Source: Candidatus Poribacteria bacterium (GTDB taxonomy: Bacteria; Poribacteria; WGA-4E; WGA-3G). Taken from it: 64,000 nt of DNA. The position numbers and the translations under genes are program-made. The stretch is taken from positions 1-64,000 of the forward strand of contig CBDBFU010000005.1 of assembly GCA_965205025.1 (NCBI GenBank), read 5' to 3'. Positions 49,752 to 61,997 of this stretch are shown piece by piece. The stretch's first letter is position 1; the number at the start of each line of letters is the position of its first letter. Below the pieces are notes generated by a model that searched no databases, had not been told where the DNA came from, and saw nothing but the letters and a program-made list of their open reading frames with translations.

Positions 49752-50417
49752 ATGGCTGCCGTTTTGAAATTTGAAGACCAGACTATTAAGAACATCTATA
49801 CTTATATACAGATTTTCACTATAGGTATGATTATTGAAGGATTGTTAAAGGGTGAAACTTCTGCACTTCCGAATTATCTAATTAACAGTACTATCGGGTT
49901 CGGTCTATTTTGGACTATTGAATTAGCAGCTCGGCAGGTTGTTCTTTCCGATAAAACTGAACCAACCAAACGCGTACTGCGCATGATTTACCTCGGTAGA
50001 TATATGGCTCTCGGTGTGCTGTTCTATTTCCTATTTAAATTCCTGATTACTTCAACCGATATCGTCTTTGGACTCATATTATTCTCCTTAATTTGCGGCT
50101 GGTACTTTGTAGGAAATTGGTTTAATAGCAAATTAGGTGACACACAAGAAGAGATGGATGTAAAGATGTTCGATATCGCTTCGGTCGGACTAATGCAATT
50201 CATCGCCCTTTCTATCGGTTATTTCGGAGGAAGATGGATCGGAGGACACTTGTACAACGCAGAAATCGGATCATATATCGGGTTAGTTTTCGGTTTTGTT
50301 GCATGGCTCGTGCTCGGGTTCTTAGTTCATAAACAACGCCGTGATGCACAACAAGCACAAGATCCTAAGGAAGATAACCTATTAAGAAGGATCAACAACG
50401 ATTCAATGTTATATTGA
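49752..50417 (+). CDS. Membrane protein combining AtpI-like and AtpZ-like segments
   Basis: N-half resembles 50438-50845 (L.F.D..I..Y, LP..LI.S.IG..LFW.IE, LG.Y..LGVL.YF). C-half resembles 49401-49694 (MFD.AS.G, IGYFGG.WIGG.L.NA.IGSYIG, KQRRD). Confidence 0.7.
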   Translation: MAAVLKFEDQTIKNIYTYIQIFTIGMIIEGLLKGETSALPNYLINSTIGFGLFWTIELAARQVVLSDKTEPTKRVLRMIYLGRYMALGVLFYFLFKFLITSTDIVFGLILFSLICGWYFVGNWFNSKLGDTQEEMDVKMFDIASVGLMQFIALSIGYFGGRWIGGHLYNAEIGSYIGLVFGFVAWLVLGFLVHKQRRDAQQAQDPKEDNLLRRINNDSMLY

Positions 50418-50437
50418 CAAAGGAGTCACCTACTTAA

Positions 50438-50845
50438 ATGGGTCCCACACTTGAATTTGGGGACCGGTTTATTCGACAAGTTTATATCTTGACAATTTGC
50501 CTCACTGCGGTTATTGGCAGTATATTGTTAGGATTCAAACTATCTGCTCTCCCCAGTTTTCTTATTGGTAGCGTCATTGGAATCAGTCTATTTTGGTCAA
50601 TTGAATTTGTGATACGACGGTTGTTGCGTCCTGGGAAAACGCAAAAAACAAAATATCTGCTTGGATTCATTGCATTAGGAAAATATACGGTCCTTGGTGT
50701 GCTACTCTATTTCATATTTGACACAACGTGGATAAATGTATACGCATTTGCGGGAGGTATAGTTTTAGTTCAATGTGCGATTATTCTTAAAGCATTCGGA
50801 TTGATGATAACAATTCTTAGAAAGAAAGACCCTGATCAACCTTAA
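50438..50845 (+). CDS. atpI: ATP synthase protein I (four-TM)
   Basis: Four hydrophobic segments, KY motif, position just before atpB. Confidence 0.7.
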   Translation: MGPTLEFGDRFIRQVYILTICLTAVIGSILLGFKLSALPSFLIGSVIGISLFWSIEFVIRRLLRPGKTQKTKYLLGFIALGKYTVLGVLLYFIFDTTWINVYAFAGGIVLVQCAIILKAFGLMITILRKKDPDQP

Positions 50846-50896
50846 TATACATAAGGATGAATAAATTACACATCTAAACTAAGTCAACACTAAAAG

Positions 50897-51769
50897 ATGA
50901 AAAAAATATCGTTTATTTGCTTGGTCATTGCTCTCTCATTTATAGCAGTGACTGGAACATTCGCAGCGGAGGATGCGTCCGACGCTGATGAACATGAAAA
51001 AGCTCCCATCCACCATTACGGTTACCGTTCTTGGTTCTCTCCTATATCACAGTTATTACCGAATGAAATTTTTCCAGAACCCGGTAAATGGCATCAACCA
51101 GATTTAATCCCAAACACACTGTTTGTTGTTCTCTTTCTATGCATATTTTTCTTTTTAGTAACCCTGAAATTGAAGCCGATTCCTGAAGGAAAAGGACAGA
51201 CACTATTAGAAGTGTTTGTTGGTGGCATAACTGATTTCTTTGGTGGCATTCTGGGTGAAGACGGAAAGAAATATCTCCCTTTTGTTGGATCATTTTTCAT
51301 TTTCATACTCTCTCTAAACTATATCGGACTTATCCCTGGTTTTCAAGCCCCAACAGCAGATCTAAATACAACGCTTGCACTCGGTATTACCGCTGTCATC
51401 GGTGTTCAAATTATCGCAATTAAAGAAAATGGGGTAGTGGGTTATCTTAAACACCTGATTGGAAATCCTACGTGGTTAGGATTTTTGATGTTCCCGATTG
51501 AGGTAGTTGCCCAGTTATCACGGGCAGGATCACTCGCTATCCGGCTATTTGGTAATATTTTTGGTGAAAAATCCGTTGTTATTCAACTTACTGTACTTGG
51601 GGCAATCTCAGTTGGCGGTTTCATCCTCCCCGTACCAGTTCAGGTGCCGATGATGTTTTTCGCAATGTTCGGAGGTCTTCTACAAGCGTTCGTTTTCACA
51701 CTTTTAACAACAATATATATCGTGCTGTTCATAGAGCACCATGACGAAGCGCATGAAGCGCATCATTAA
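50897..51769 (+). CDS. atpB: ATP synthase Fo subunit a
   Basis: PTADLNTT, SLAIRLFGNI, LQAFVFTLLT; signal-peptide-like N-terminus. Confidence 0.96.
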   Translation: MKKISFICLVIALSFIAVTGTFAAEDASDADEHEKAPIHHYGYRSWFSPISQLLPNEIFPEPGKWHQPDLIPNTLFVVLFLCIFFFLVTLKLKPIPEGKGQTLLEVFVGGITDFFGGILGEDGKKYLPFVGSFFIFILSLNYIGLIPGFQAPTADLNTTLALGITAVIGVQIIAIKENGVVGYLKHLIGNPTWLGFLMFPIEVVAQLSRAGSLAIRLFGNIFGEKSVVIQLTVLGAISVGGFILPVPVQVPMMFFAMFGGLLQAFVFTLLTTIYIVLFIEHHDEAHEAHH

Positions 51770-51822
51770 ATTTCTATATGGCAAGAATTAACTTGCCTAT
51801 TTCTGTCCAAGGAGGACATTAC

Positions 51823-52161
51823 ATGATTTACTTAGCAGTATTAGCATTTGGTGTAACTTTAGGTTTACCAATCGCAGTTATTTTTGCCTCAAGAGCACAA
51901 GGTGCAGCTACAAGTACTGCCCTTGAAGGTATTGCACGTCAACCTGAATCCGCAGCGAAGATTCAAACCGCGATGATTATCGGTTTGGCTCTCATTGAAT
52001 CACTGGTTATCTATGCGTTGCTTATGTTCTTTCTTTTACTTCCCAAACTCCCCGGTGTTGATGTAAATCCAGACACAATTGATGTTCAAGAAGCAATAGA
52101 AGCTGCACGTACAGCACCCGCGGGTGAAAATAATGCCAATCTTGAAATGGACAATCAATAA
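51823..52161 (+). CDS. atpE: ATP synthase Fo subunit c with C-terminal extension
   Basis: GIARQPE, GLALIESLVIY; AAGGAGG RBS. Confidence 0.95.
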   Translation: MIYLAVLAFGVTLGLPIAVIFASRAQGAATSTALEGIARQPESAAKIQTAMIIGLALIESLVIYALLMFFLLLPKLPGVDVNPDTIDVQEAIEAARTAPAGENNANLEMDNQ

Positions 52162-52300
52162 TAACACAAAATCTCTAACACGTTGGGACATCAAATTTGG
52201 AACTGTCCCAACACGTTGGGGTGTCTAAGTAAATTGCGCTAATTATCAGCAAAGATATAAACTGATAGATCGTAGCAAATTTACAAAGTTGAGACCGTTA

Positions 52301-52888
52301 ATGAAAAAAATATACGCAAGTTGTTTCATTTTAATGAGTGTCTTCATAAGTAGTGTTTTTGCAGCCGAAGCTCCTTCAGGTGGAGGTTTGTTATCTGACT
52401 TGGGGATAAACCCGAAAACAATTTTGGTGCAAGCCGTTGGATTTCTGGTAGTGCTTGCAGTACTCTGGAAATTCGTTTTTGGCAAGGTAGGCGGACTATT
52501 AGAACAACGGCGAAATGAGATCACCAGTCAGTTAGACCAGTTAAAAACTGACCGTGATGAATTAGACCGACTCACTGCTGAAACACGACAACGTTTAGGC
52601 GATATTGAAGCTGAATCACAAGCCAAAATCCAAGCTGCAATTGATCAGGGAAATACCGAACGCCAGCAAATCGTTGATCAAGCGCGACAAGATGCTGCAG
52701 ATGAAATAGAACGCGCACGCGCAGAGATACAACGTGAAAAAGATGATGCTATTTCTGAACTTAGAGGCGTGGTTGCAGAACTCGCAATTGATGCAGCTGG
52801 GAAAATCATCAGTGCTGAACTCACTCCTGAAAGACATCAAGATATCATCGATGCATCCATAAGTAGATTGTCTGTCAATCAGAATTAA
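52301..52888 (+). CDS. atpF: ATP synthase Fo subunit b
   Basis: QAVGFLVVLAVLWKF...LEQRR..I followed by coiled coil; signal-like N-terminal extension. Confidence 0.92.
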   Translation: MKKIYASCFILMSVFISSVFAAEAPSGGGLLSDLGINPKTILVQAVGFLVVLAVLWKFVFGKVGGLLEQRRNEITSQLDQLKTDRDELDRLTAETRQRLGDIEAESQAKIQAAIDQGNTERQQIVDQARQDAADEIERARAEIQREKDDAISELRGVVAELAIDAAGKIISAELTPERHQDIIDASISRLSVNQN

Positions 52889-52948
52889 GTTCAAATTCCA
52901 ATTTCATGATGCCAGATAGATTAAATCATAATAGGTGATTACAAAATT

Positions 52949-53488
52949 ATGAGAGAAATCCGAGTTGCTAAACCTTATGCACGTGCTTTATACGAAGCAG
53001 CTGTTGAACAAGATGAATTGGAATCTATTGTTTCTGATATTAATCAGTTACAAGATGTGATTGATCAATCCGAGGAGTTCTCTGAATTTATCAGTACACC
53101 CCTATTATCACCACAGTTCAAGAGCGACACATTTCAGCAACTATTTGCGGACACAATGCATTCACTCACCGTTAATTTCCTGAAACTTCTCGCACAAAAA
53201 CAACGGGAACGTTTCTTAATTGCAATAATGGATGTCTTTTCTGCAATTGTTGATGAATCTGCTGGAAGAATTGTTGCAAAAGTCAAAACCGCAACTCCTA
53301 TTTCACATGATCAGGAACAAAGGCTTATTGACCAACTAAGTTCATATTCAGGAAAACAAGTACGTTTAGAAACCGAAACAGATGAACAGATTCAAGGTGG
53401 ATTTATCGTTCAAGTAGATGATACTGTTTTTGATGCAAGTATTGCAACCCAACTACAACGACTGAAACAACAACTCGCAAGAGGATAA
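52949..53488 (+). CDS. atpH: ATP synthase F1 subunit delta
   Basis: VAKPYARALY, GGFIVQVDD.VFDAS. Confidence 0.95.
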   Translation: MREIRVAKPYARALYEAAVEQDELESIVSDINQLQDVIDQSEEFSEFISTPLLSPQFKSDTFQQLFADTMHSLTVNFLKLLAQKQRERFLIAIMDVFSAIVDESAGRIVAKVKTATPISHDQEQRLIDQLSSYSGKQVRLETETDEQIQGGFIVQVDDTVFDASIATQLQRLKQQLARG

Positions 53489-53523
53489 TGAAAATATAAA
53501 TCACCCTAATAAGGATATAAAAT

Positions 53524-53674
53524 TATACCATTTCTATTTGAATAGTTCACATTACGATCACTCTTAGTAGTCCCCCTGATAAGGGGCGGGGAATGCCCTA
53601 AGGCATTCATACCGTTGATTCTTTAGGGGGTTTCTTCAATTAGTAATGAGTAATCATCATTTAAAATGGTATTA
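53524..53674. mobile_element. ATACCATTTCT-family MITE with a nested 35-bp module, between atpH and atpA
   Basis: Similar to 34610-34725, plus an insert at 53587-53621. Confidence 0.8.
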
Positions 53675-53727
53675 CATAACGTAACTTGTTTCATTATTGA
53701 CAATAGCGTTCCATAGAGGATACAAAT

Positions 53728-55299
53728 ATGGCAAGAGAAGTCCGACCGGACGAAATATCGAATATACTAAAACAACAACTCCAACAGTTTGAACAGGATG
53801 TGGATGTTTACGATTCCGGCACTGTGCTGGAAGTTGGCGATGGTATCGCACGGGTTCATGGACTTGCCAACGCTATGGCAAGCGAAATGATTGAATTCCC
53901 AAACGATATTTACGGCATCGCATTTAACCTGGAAGAAGACAACGTCGGTTGTGTTCTGTTTGGGGAAGACCAACTGATCCATGAAGGGGACACCGTAAAA
54001 CGTACGGGTAGATTACCTGAAGTGCCTGTGGGTGAAGCACTACTTGGACGCATCGTTGATGCACTTGGACAACCAATAGATGGGTTAGGTGATATTGAGA
54101 CTGAACACAGACTCCCTGTTGAAACAAAAGGCTTAGGTATTGTACAAAGACAACCTGTAAGTGAACCACTATATACAGGATTAAAAGCTATTGACAGTTT
54201 AACACCAATCGGACGTGGACAACGGGAACTTATCATTGGTGATAGAAGGACTGGAAAGACTGCTATCGCTATTGATGCTATACTAAGTCAACGAAATACA
54301 GATGTATATTGTATCTATGTTGCTGTTGGGCAAAAAGGATCTACACTTGCACAAGTAGCAAATACTCTCAGAGAACATAATGCAATGGAATACACTACTA
54401 TCGTTTCCGCACCAGCAAGTGCTCCTTCACCACTACAATATCTCGCTCCATATTCTGGTACATCAATGGGTGAATACTTCAGAGATAACGGTAAACACGC
54501 ATTAATCATCTATGATGATCTAACAAAACATGCTTGGGCATATCGCCAAATGTCTCTACTTTCCAGAAGACCTCCTGGTCGAGAAGCATACCCAGGTGAT
54601 GTCTTCTATCTACATTCACGCTTATTAGAACGTGCCGCAAAACTCAGCGACGAATTAGGGGGTGGATCTCTAACAGCACTCCCAATCATTGAAATCTTTG
54701 AAGGGGATTTAACAACATATATTCCTACAAACGTGATTTCTATTACAGATGGACAGATATACCTCACCACCGACCTTTTCAATAAAGGTGTGAGACCCGC
54801 TATTGATGTAGGAACTTCTGTATCTCGAGTCGGTGGTGATGCACAAGTCAAAGCAATGAAGGCAGAAGAAGTCGCGGGTACCCTGAAATTAGACCTTGCA
54901 AGTTTCCGTGAAATTGCTGCATTTGCACAATTCGGATCTGATCTGGATGAGTTAACACAATCACTCCTACTCCGTGGAACACGCTTAGTTGAATTGCTCA
55001 AACAACCCCAATACCAACCAATGCCTGTGGAACGTGAAGTCGCATCCATCTTCTGTGGCACTAACGGATATTTAGATGAAATCCCTGAAGAAGAGGTTGC
55101 ACGTTTTGAATCAGAATTCCTACAATACCTTGATCGAAACAATGCTGAGTTATTAACAGAAATATCAGAAACAGGTCAATTGAGTGATGAATTACTTGAA
55201 GCACTACATAATGCAGTAAAGGCATTCAAAGAAAATTGGAGTGACACACCTCCACAACCTCAAATAGAAGAAGTGGCTAACGAGAATACACCATCATAA
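53728..55299 (+). CDS. atpA: ATP synthase F1 subunit alpha
   Basis: [42 protein letters not shown]. Confidence 0.98.
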   Translation: MAREVRPDEISNILKQQLQQFEQDVDVYDSGTVLEVGDGIARVHGLANAMASEMIEFPNDIYGIAFNLEEDNVGCVLFGEDQLIHEGDTVKRTGRLPEVPVGEALLGRIVDALGQPIDGLGDIETEHRLPVETKGLGIVQRQPVSEPLYTGLKAIDSLTPIGRGQRELIIGDRRTGKTAIAIDAILSQRNTDVYCIYVAVGQKGSTLAQVANTLREHNAMEYTTIVSAPASAPSPLQYLAPYSGTSMGEYFRDNGKHALIIYDDLTKHAWAYRQMSLLSRRPPGREAYPGDVFYLHSRLLERAAKLSDELGGGSLTALPIIEIFEGDLTTYIPTNVISITDGQIYLTTDLFNKGVRPAIDVGTSVSRVGGDAQVKAMKAEEVAGTLKLDLASFREIAAFAQFGSDLDELTQSLLLRGTRLVELLKQPQYQPMPVEREVASIFCGTNGYLDEIPEEEVARFESEFLQYLDRNNAELLTEISETGQLSDELLEALHNAVKAFKENWSDTPPQPQIEEVANENTPS

Positions 55300-55308
55300 G
55301 AGGAATAA

Positions 55309-56187
55309 ATGGCAACGCTACGAGAGATACGGCGACGAATCGCAAGTATTAAAAACATTGAACAGGTAACAGATGCTATGCGCGTTGTTGCAGCAGCCAG
55401 GCTTCGTCGAGCACAAGAAAACATCACTGCCACACGTCCTTATGCTGATAAACTCAACACAATACTTGGTCATCTCATATCACAGATGGATACTGAGGAA
55501 CAGTCACTGACACATCCACTATTAGAGGAACGTGAGTTAAAACATGTATGTATCATCTCTGTTTCTGGAGACCGTGGATTGTGTGGAAGTTTCAATAGTA
55601 ATGTCATTCGAACAACCACCCAACGTATACAACACTATCAGGACAGTGGTGCAGATACAACACTTATATGTATTGGTAGACGAACACATGAACATTTCAC
55701 TCGACGCGGGTACGATATTACCGATGGATATATCAACATCTTCCGTCAACTGGAATTCCAAACTGCTGTTGATGTGGTTCACGAATTTGAACATTTATAT
55801 GTAGATAAGAAAATTGATAAAGTTGAAGTGATATATAACAATTTTAAGTCTGCTATACTTCAAACTGTACTCGTAGAACAACTATTACCCCTTGTTCCAG
55901 AAAAGCCAGAAGGGGATACACTTTTTCTCGATTATATTTACGAACCGAGTCAGATTGAACTTTTTGAGATGTTTCTTGGAAAACACCTCAATATGCAGAT
56001 GTGGAAGGTGTTATTAGACTCAAACGCTGCAGAACAGGCAGCACGAATGGCTGCTATGGAAAATGCTACACAGAAAGCCAAAGAACTTATTGACGAATTA
56101 GTACTACAACGGAACAGAGCACGTCAGACACAGATTACAACAGAAATCTCAGAAATTGTTAGTGGTGCATCCGCACAAGAAGGTTAG
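55309..56187 (+). CDS. atpG: ATP synthase F1 subunit gamma
   Basis: DRGLCGSFN, EQAARMAAM, NRARQTQITTEISEIV. Confidence 0.98.
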   Translation: MATLREIRRRIASIKNIEQVTDAMRVVAAARLRRAQENITATRPYADKLNTILGHLISQMDTEEQSLTHPLLEERELKHVCIISVSGDRGLCGSFNSNVIRTTTQRIQHYQDSGADTTLICIGRRTHEHFTRRGYDITDGYINIFRQLEFQTAVDVVHEFEHLYVDKKIDKVEVIYNNFKSAILQTVLVEQLLPLVPEKPEGDTLFLDYIYEPSQIELFEMFLGKHLNMQMWKVLLDSNAAEQAARMAAMENATQKAKELIDELVLQRNRARQTQITTEISEIVSGASAQEG

Positions 56188-56232
56188 TCATAGAGAACGT
56201 TGAAACCGATTTAAGAATTTACAATATTTCTC

Positions 56233-56439
56233 ATGAAGTATAAAACACTTAAGCAAAACTACCTGATTATATTAGGTATAGTTGGGTTGGGATTTTCTAT
56301 TAGTGGGTGTGGACCTTCCAATACTTTACTGCTAATTATTTTAATCTTTACGGTGATAAACACAACAATTCTGATAGTCAGTTTAATAGCCTTTCTTGTA
56401 TGGTATTTCAATAAAAATAAGAACAAAAACGGTTCGTAG
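56233..56439 (+). CDS. Small hydrophobic, possibly lipoprotein, ORF between atpG and atpD
   Basis: Signal-like segment ending ISG-C, then a long hydrophobic stretch and basic tail; no clear RBS. Confidence 0.45.
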   Translation: MKYKTLKQNYLIILGIVGLGFSISGCGPSNTLLLIILIFTVINTTILIVSLIAFLVWYFNKNKNKNGS

Positions 56440-56491
56440 TTTGAAACTTATAGCACCTCATATATTCATCTTAATATTAATATGATTTTAA

Positions 56492-58317
<1,826 letters not shown>

Positions 58318-58452
58318 TTAAATGTAGCACAAACTTCCAGTTTGTGTAGTATTTCAAGACATAAATATCACATAATCATGGGAGAATCATTTATAGAAAT
58401 GGTATTATTTGCCAAGATAAACCTAACCCAACACTTGGCGTAAGGTAAAAAA

Positions 58453-58863
58453 ATGCAAAGTAGAAGTTTTCATCTTGAAATTCGGACACCAGAACAGTTA
58501 ATATTTGAAGGAGATGTCACCAGTGTAGGTGCTCCCGGAGTTGAAGGCAATTTTCAGATTTTAGCAGGACACATCCCTTTTCTTACAGCATTAGGAGTTG
58601 GTGAGATCCGAATTGGTGAATCATCAGATACACAACAGCGGTTAGCGACGAGTGGTGGTGTCTTTGAAGTACTACGAACAGGTGTTACCGCATTAGTAGA
58701 AACAGCCGAATGGTCATCTGAAATAGACGTTGCCCGCGCCGAAGCAGCACTTACCCGCGCACAAGAACAACTCACCGAAGACAACCCCGACCTAAACCGT
58801 CCCCGCGCCGAAGCAGCCCTTGACCGCGCCCAAAACCGTATCAAGGTTGCAAGTAATTCGTAA
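58453..58863 (+). CDS. atpC: ATP synthase F1 subunit epsilon
   Basis: LEIRTPE, GNFQILAGHIP, SGGVFEV, IDVARAE. Confidence 0.96.
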   Translation: MQSRSFHLEIRTPEQLIFEGDVTSVGAPGVEGNFQILAGHIPFLTALGVGEIRIGESSDTQQRLATSGGVFEVLRTGVTALVETAEWSSEIDVARAEAALTRAQEQLTEDNPDLNRPRAEAALDRAQNRIKVASNS

Positions 58864-58926
58864 TCACACACCTTTCACAATAGAAATTCCATATATACAT
58901 TAAATCATTGAGGAAAGAGGTATTGG

Positions 58927-59163
58927 TTAAGCAGAATTTATCAACTTTTCAATCTTCCATTTGATAGTTGGTGGTGGAAGTACTTCATCTTCTTGCTGTG
59001 CGATTTTTATCCATTCATCAACAATCTCGCATAACTCACGATATACCTCAACTTCATCATCACCATGGCAACATGGACCAATAATTCCTGGGCAAAACCC
59101 AATAAAGCATTGGTCATCGTCAGACCATTTGACGATTTTAATATACTGTGCACTATCTGTCAT
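58927..59163 (-). CDS. HicB-like antitoxin-family protein (short, no DNA-binding domain)
   Basis: Y...VKWSDDDQCFIGFCP...HGDD..E...EL.E.VDEWI..A......LPPP; GAGGAG RBS upstream. Confidence 0.7.
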   Translation of the reverse strand: MTDSAQYIKIVKWSDDDQCFIGFCPGIIGPCCHGDDEVEVYRELCEIVDEWIKIAQQEDEVLPPPTIKWKIEKLINSA

Positions 59164-59381
59164 TATTGAGACTCCTCAATTTTTCGTTTGACTTCTATAT
59201 TAACGGTAATTTTCCTTTCGTTCGAAAATTGTTGTCATCAATGACGAAGTGACTCTGTTATTGTCCATTATAAGTATACCATAGAGATGCAGGAGTTTCA
59301 CCTTATTTAGTAAAAAAGAAAGGTATTCGGATATTGACTTAGCCTGCACCGAAATTACCATATCTATGTCTAAGATCAACT

Positions 59382-59511
59382 AATACCAATTCTGGTAATT
59401 AAAGTCGCATTAATAGAATCTCTTTAATGTAGCACAAACTTCCAGTTTGTGCAGTATTTCAAGCCATGCATAAAAAATGTTGATGGGATAAACATTTTTA
59501 GAAATGGTATT
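59382..59511. mobile_element. ATACCA(A/T)TTCT-family MITE
   Basis: Left part resembles 58278-58406. Right part (ATGCATAA.AAATGTTGATGG) resembles 25318-25391. Confidence 0.75.
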
Positions 59512-60270
59512 ACTTAACAGAAACAGATCAAATACATGTTCTTAATATAAACTGTATCAAATTCTAATTTCACACTTTTTCAATAAGACTGAAAAAAAAT
59601 TGAAGAAAATATAAACATCTAACAACTAACACACATATATCACAATAACATAAAATAAATTAAATATATTTGTCAAAATCAAAACAAAATGATACAATAC
59701 TATATCGTTCAATAATTGTAAACTAAAGATAACACATTACTTGGCCGATACGGAATATTATTTATACCGTGAAAGTGTAACTATTTTCTACAGTGTATCT
59801 CATAAATACGAATCGTTCACAACCATATAATTACTCTTCGTAGGGACGGGGTCTCCCCGTCCGTTGTTTAAATATAAAGTACAGTGTAAGATCAAAGAAT
59901 TCTCCATATATATGATTTATAAAATAAGCTCAAATTATTTATGTTTCTAAACTTTATGCCAAATTCAACTAAATCCACTATCTGGGAAATAGGAAAATCC
60001 ATGTTAGAATTACAACGAAAACATTCAGAATTATCACCATATAAGCAGATACAGAGGAAAATCAATGCGAATTCAACCGAATATTTTTTAGTTTTTCTAA
60101 TTTTAAAATTTTACATCTATTAATCAAATCCTTTGTTATCCCAACCCCCAACAGGGTTTACAGCCAATTAAAAAATCATTTCTTAAAAAGCAACTAAAAA
60201 AACTTGAAAAACTAAAAATTAGACCGACTTCAAACAAAACAGACTATTATGCACAACAGTAAACTACAGT

Positions 60271-60447
60271 GTATCTCATTACTACGAATCGTCCATACAG
60301 ATATAATACTCTTCATAGAATTGGTGTTTCCCCGTCTGTTGGTTAAAAATATAGTCTTCATAGGGACGGGGTCTCCCCGTCCGTTGGTTGAAAATATAGC
60401 AAATGGCAAGATCAAAGAATCCTCCAGATATATAATTTATGAGATAC
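60271..60447. mobile_element. MITE-like element (TIR GTATCTCAT/ATGAGATAC) carrying a TAGGGACGGGGTCTCCCCGTCC REP
   Basis: Second, degenerate copy at ~59795-59921. Confidence 0.65.
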
Positions 60448-60877
60448 GTTCAAATATCTTGTCAAAATGGATGGATAAGAAACTTCACATTCAAACGATT
60501 CCAAATCAATGGATCAGAAAGAAAAGTAAAAGACACAAAATTCAACCCAACTTTATAATTTTAACAAATTCTTGTAACCTTAAAAAAGTGCCTCTAAACC
60601 CAGTGTAGTACTGACGGGAGAGGGCATTTTCAAACGTTACACCATGTAACGAAAAGTGTAACTTTATTCAACATATAGAAAATATAAATATAACTATTGT
60701 GAACATCGAAAACAGCAAAATTACAGTAAAATTACCCTCGGTTCAGTATAATAAATGGGAAAAAGAACCCTATGATTCCGTGATATTCATACCAAAAACT
60801 TTACACACCCTTTCGAGAATTACAGTTTATTCTTCACTACTATAATTTTGACAATTCTATTTCAGGGGTAACTAAGA

Positions 60878-60999
60878 CAAGACTTACGCATTTCATCTTA
60901 AAGTCCCCCTGATAAGGGGGATTTAGGGGGTTAAAACACCGAAATGACGGCTTTTTAAGTCAAATTTTACCTTTTTCTGCTTAAGTTGCGTAAGTCCTG
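60878..60999. mobile_element. 122-bp MITE with TIR CA(A/G)GACTTACGCA and TAAGA target duplication
   Basis: TIRs at 60878-60890 and 60987-60999; TAAGA at 60873-60877 and 61000-61004; internal TCCCCCTGATAAGGGGGATTTAGGGGG. Confidence 0.85.
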
Positions 61000-61550
61000 T
61001 AAGAATCTAATGATAAGTCTATTTTTATTCAGTTTTCTATACCAAAAATACCGTACTCCAGCGGAGTGCTATGTCTATAGAAAACAATATCAGAACAATC
61101 TGGCACTCCAGCGGAGTGCTATGTCCAATACACTTCGTATGAAAAACATATAAGTACTTAATCCACACTTAAGTCATAGTGTAATTAACGTATGTGATTC
61201 ACGGAGAATTGGTCTACTTTAAATTATAAACCCTTATAGAATAAGGGCTCGTAAAATTGCTCCGTGAAGGTTTCCGTGAAAGTGCAATCATTTCAGAACA
61301 ATTAATATTAACACTTTTTTTCATTCACATTATCCATACATCTAAGATAATTATCCATTTATCTCACTTTGAAAGTATAAGTAACATTGTTTGTAAAATG
61401 ATTTCAGAGATAAATATTAGGATCCACATACTATTGCAGCGTAATGGTTAGTGACAAATACTTTACATACCCGTGAGCATGAGAATAATCTTATTGATAT
61501 ACATTCCAATATTTGATAAAATTACTTTCAAAATCTAAGGATTCAAACCA

Positions 61551-61958
61551 ATGGAATGTATATTTTGTGCTATTGTTGAAGGGAAGATTCCTTCTGCAAA
61601 GGTCTATGAAAACGACGATGTCTTTGCCTTTATGGACATAGCACCCGCAAACCCAGGTCATCTCCTCATAATACCGAAACAACACTATCGAAATATATTT
61701 GATATGCCAGCAGATGTGGGTAGTAAGATTATGGAAGCAGCCGTTCTCCTTGCAAATGCTATTAAAGATGCCTTAAAGCCGGATGGACTCAATCTATTCC
61801 AATCAAACGAACCAGCAGCATTTCAAACTGTGTTTCATTTTCATCTACATCTTATACCACGTTGGGAAGAAGATCCTCTAAGATTACCGTGGAAACCAAG
61901 TGAAGGTAATATTGAAGAAATAAATAACATAGCAGTTAAAATACAACAAGCCATATAG
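61551..61958 (+). CDS. HIT family nucleotide hydrolase
   Basis: CIFC, PGHLLIIPK, HFHLHLIPR. Confidence 0.95.
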   Translation: MECIFCAIVEGKIPSAKVYENDDVFAFMDIAPANPGHLLIIPKQHYRNIFDMPADVGSKIMEAAVLLANAIKDALKPDGLNLFQSNEPAAFQTVFHFHLHLIPRWEEDPLRLPWKPSEGNIEEINNIAVKIQQAI

Positions 61959-61997
61959 GAATATCTCGTTACTACAACCTATTGAATAAAAACTCTT

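Noticed and set aside
54606-55142. Long antisense ORFs within atpA and other genes (e.g. 32169-32681)
   Set aside because: Expected shadows of well-supported + strand genes.
59941-60608. ORFs in the AT-rich spacer (59941-60123, 60249-60608)
   Set aside because: They overlap repeat elements and have no RBS or recognisable domain.
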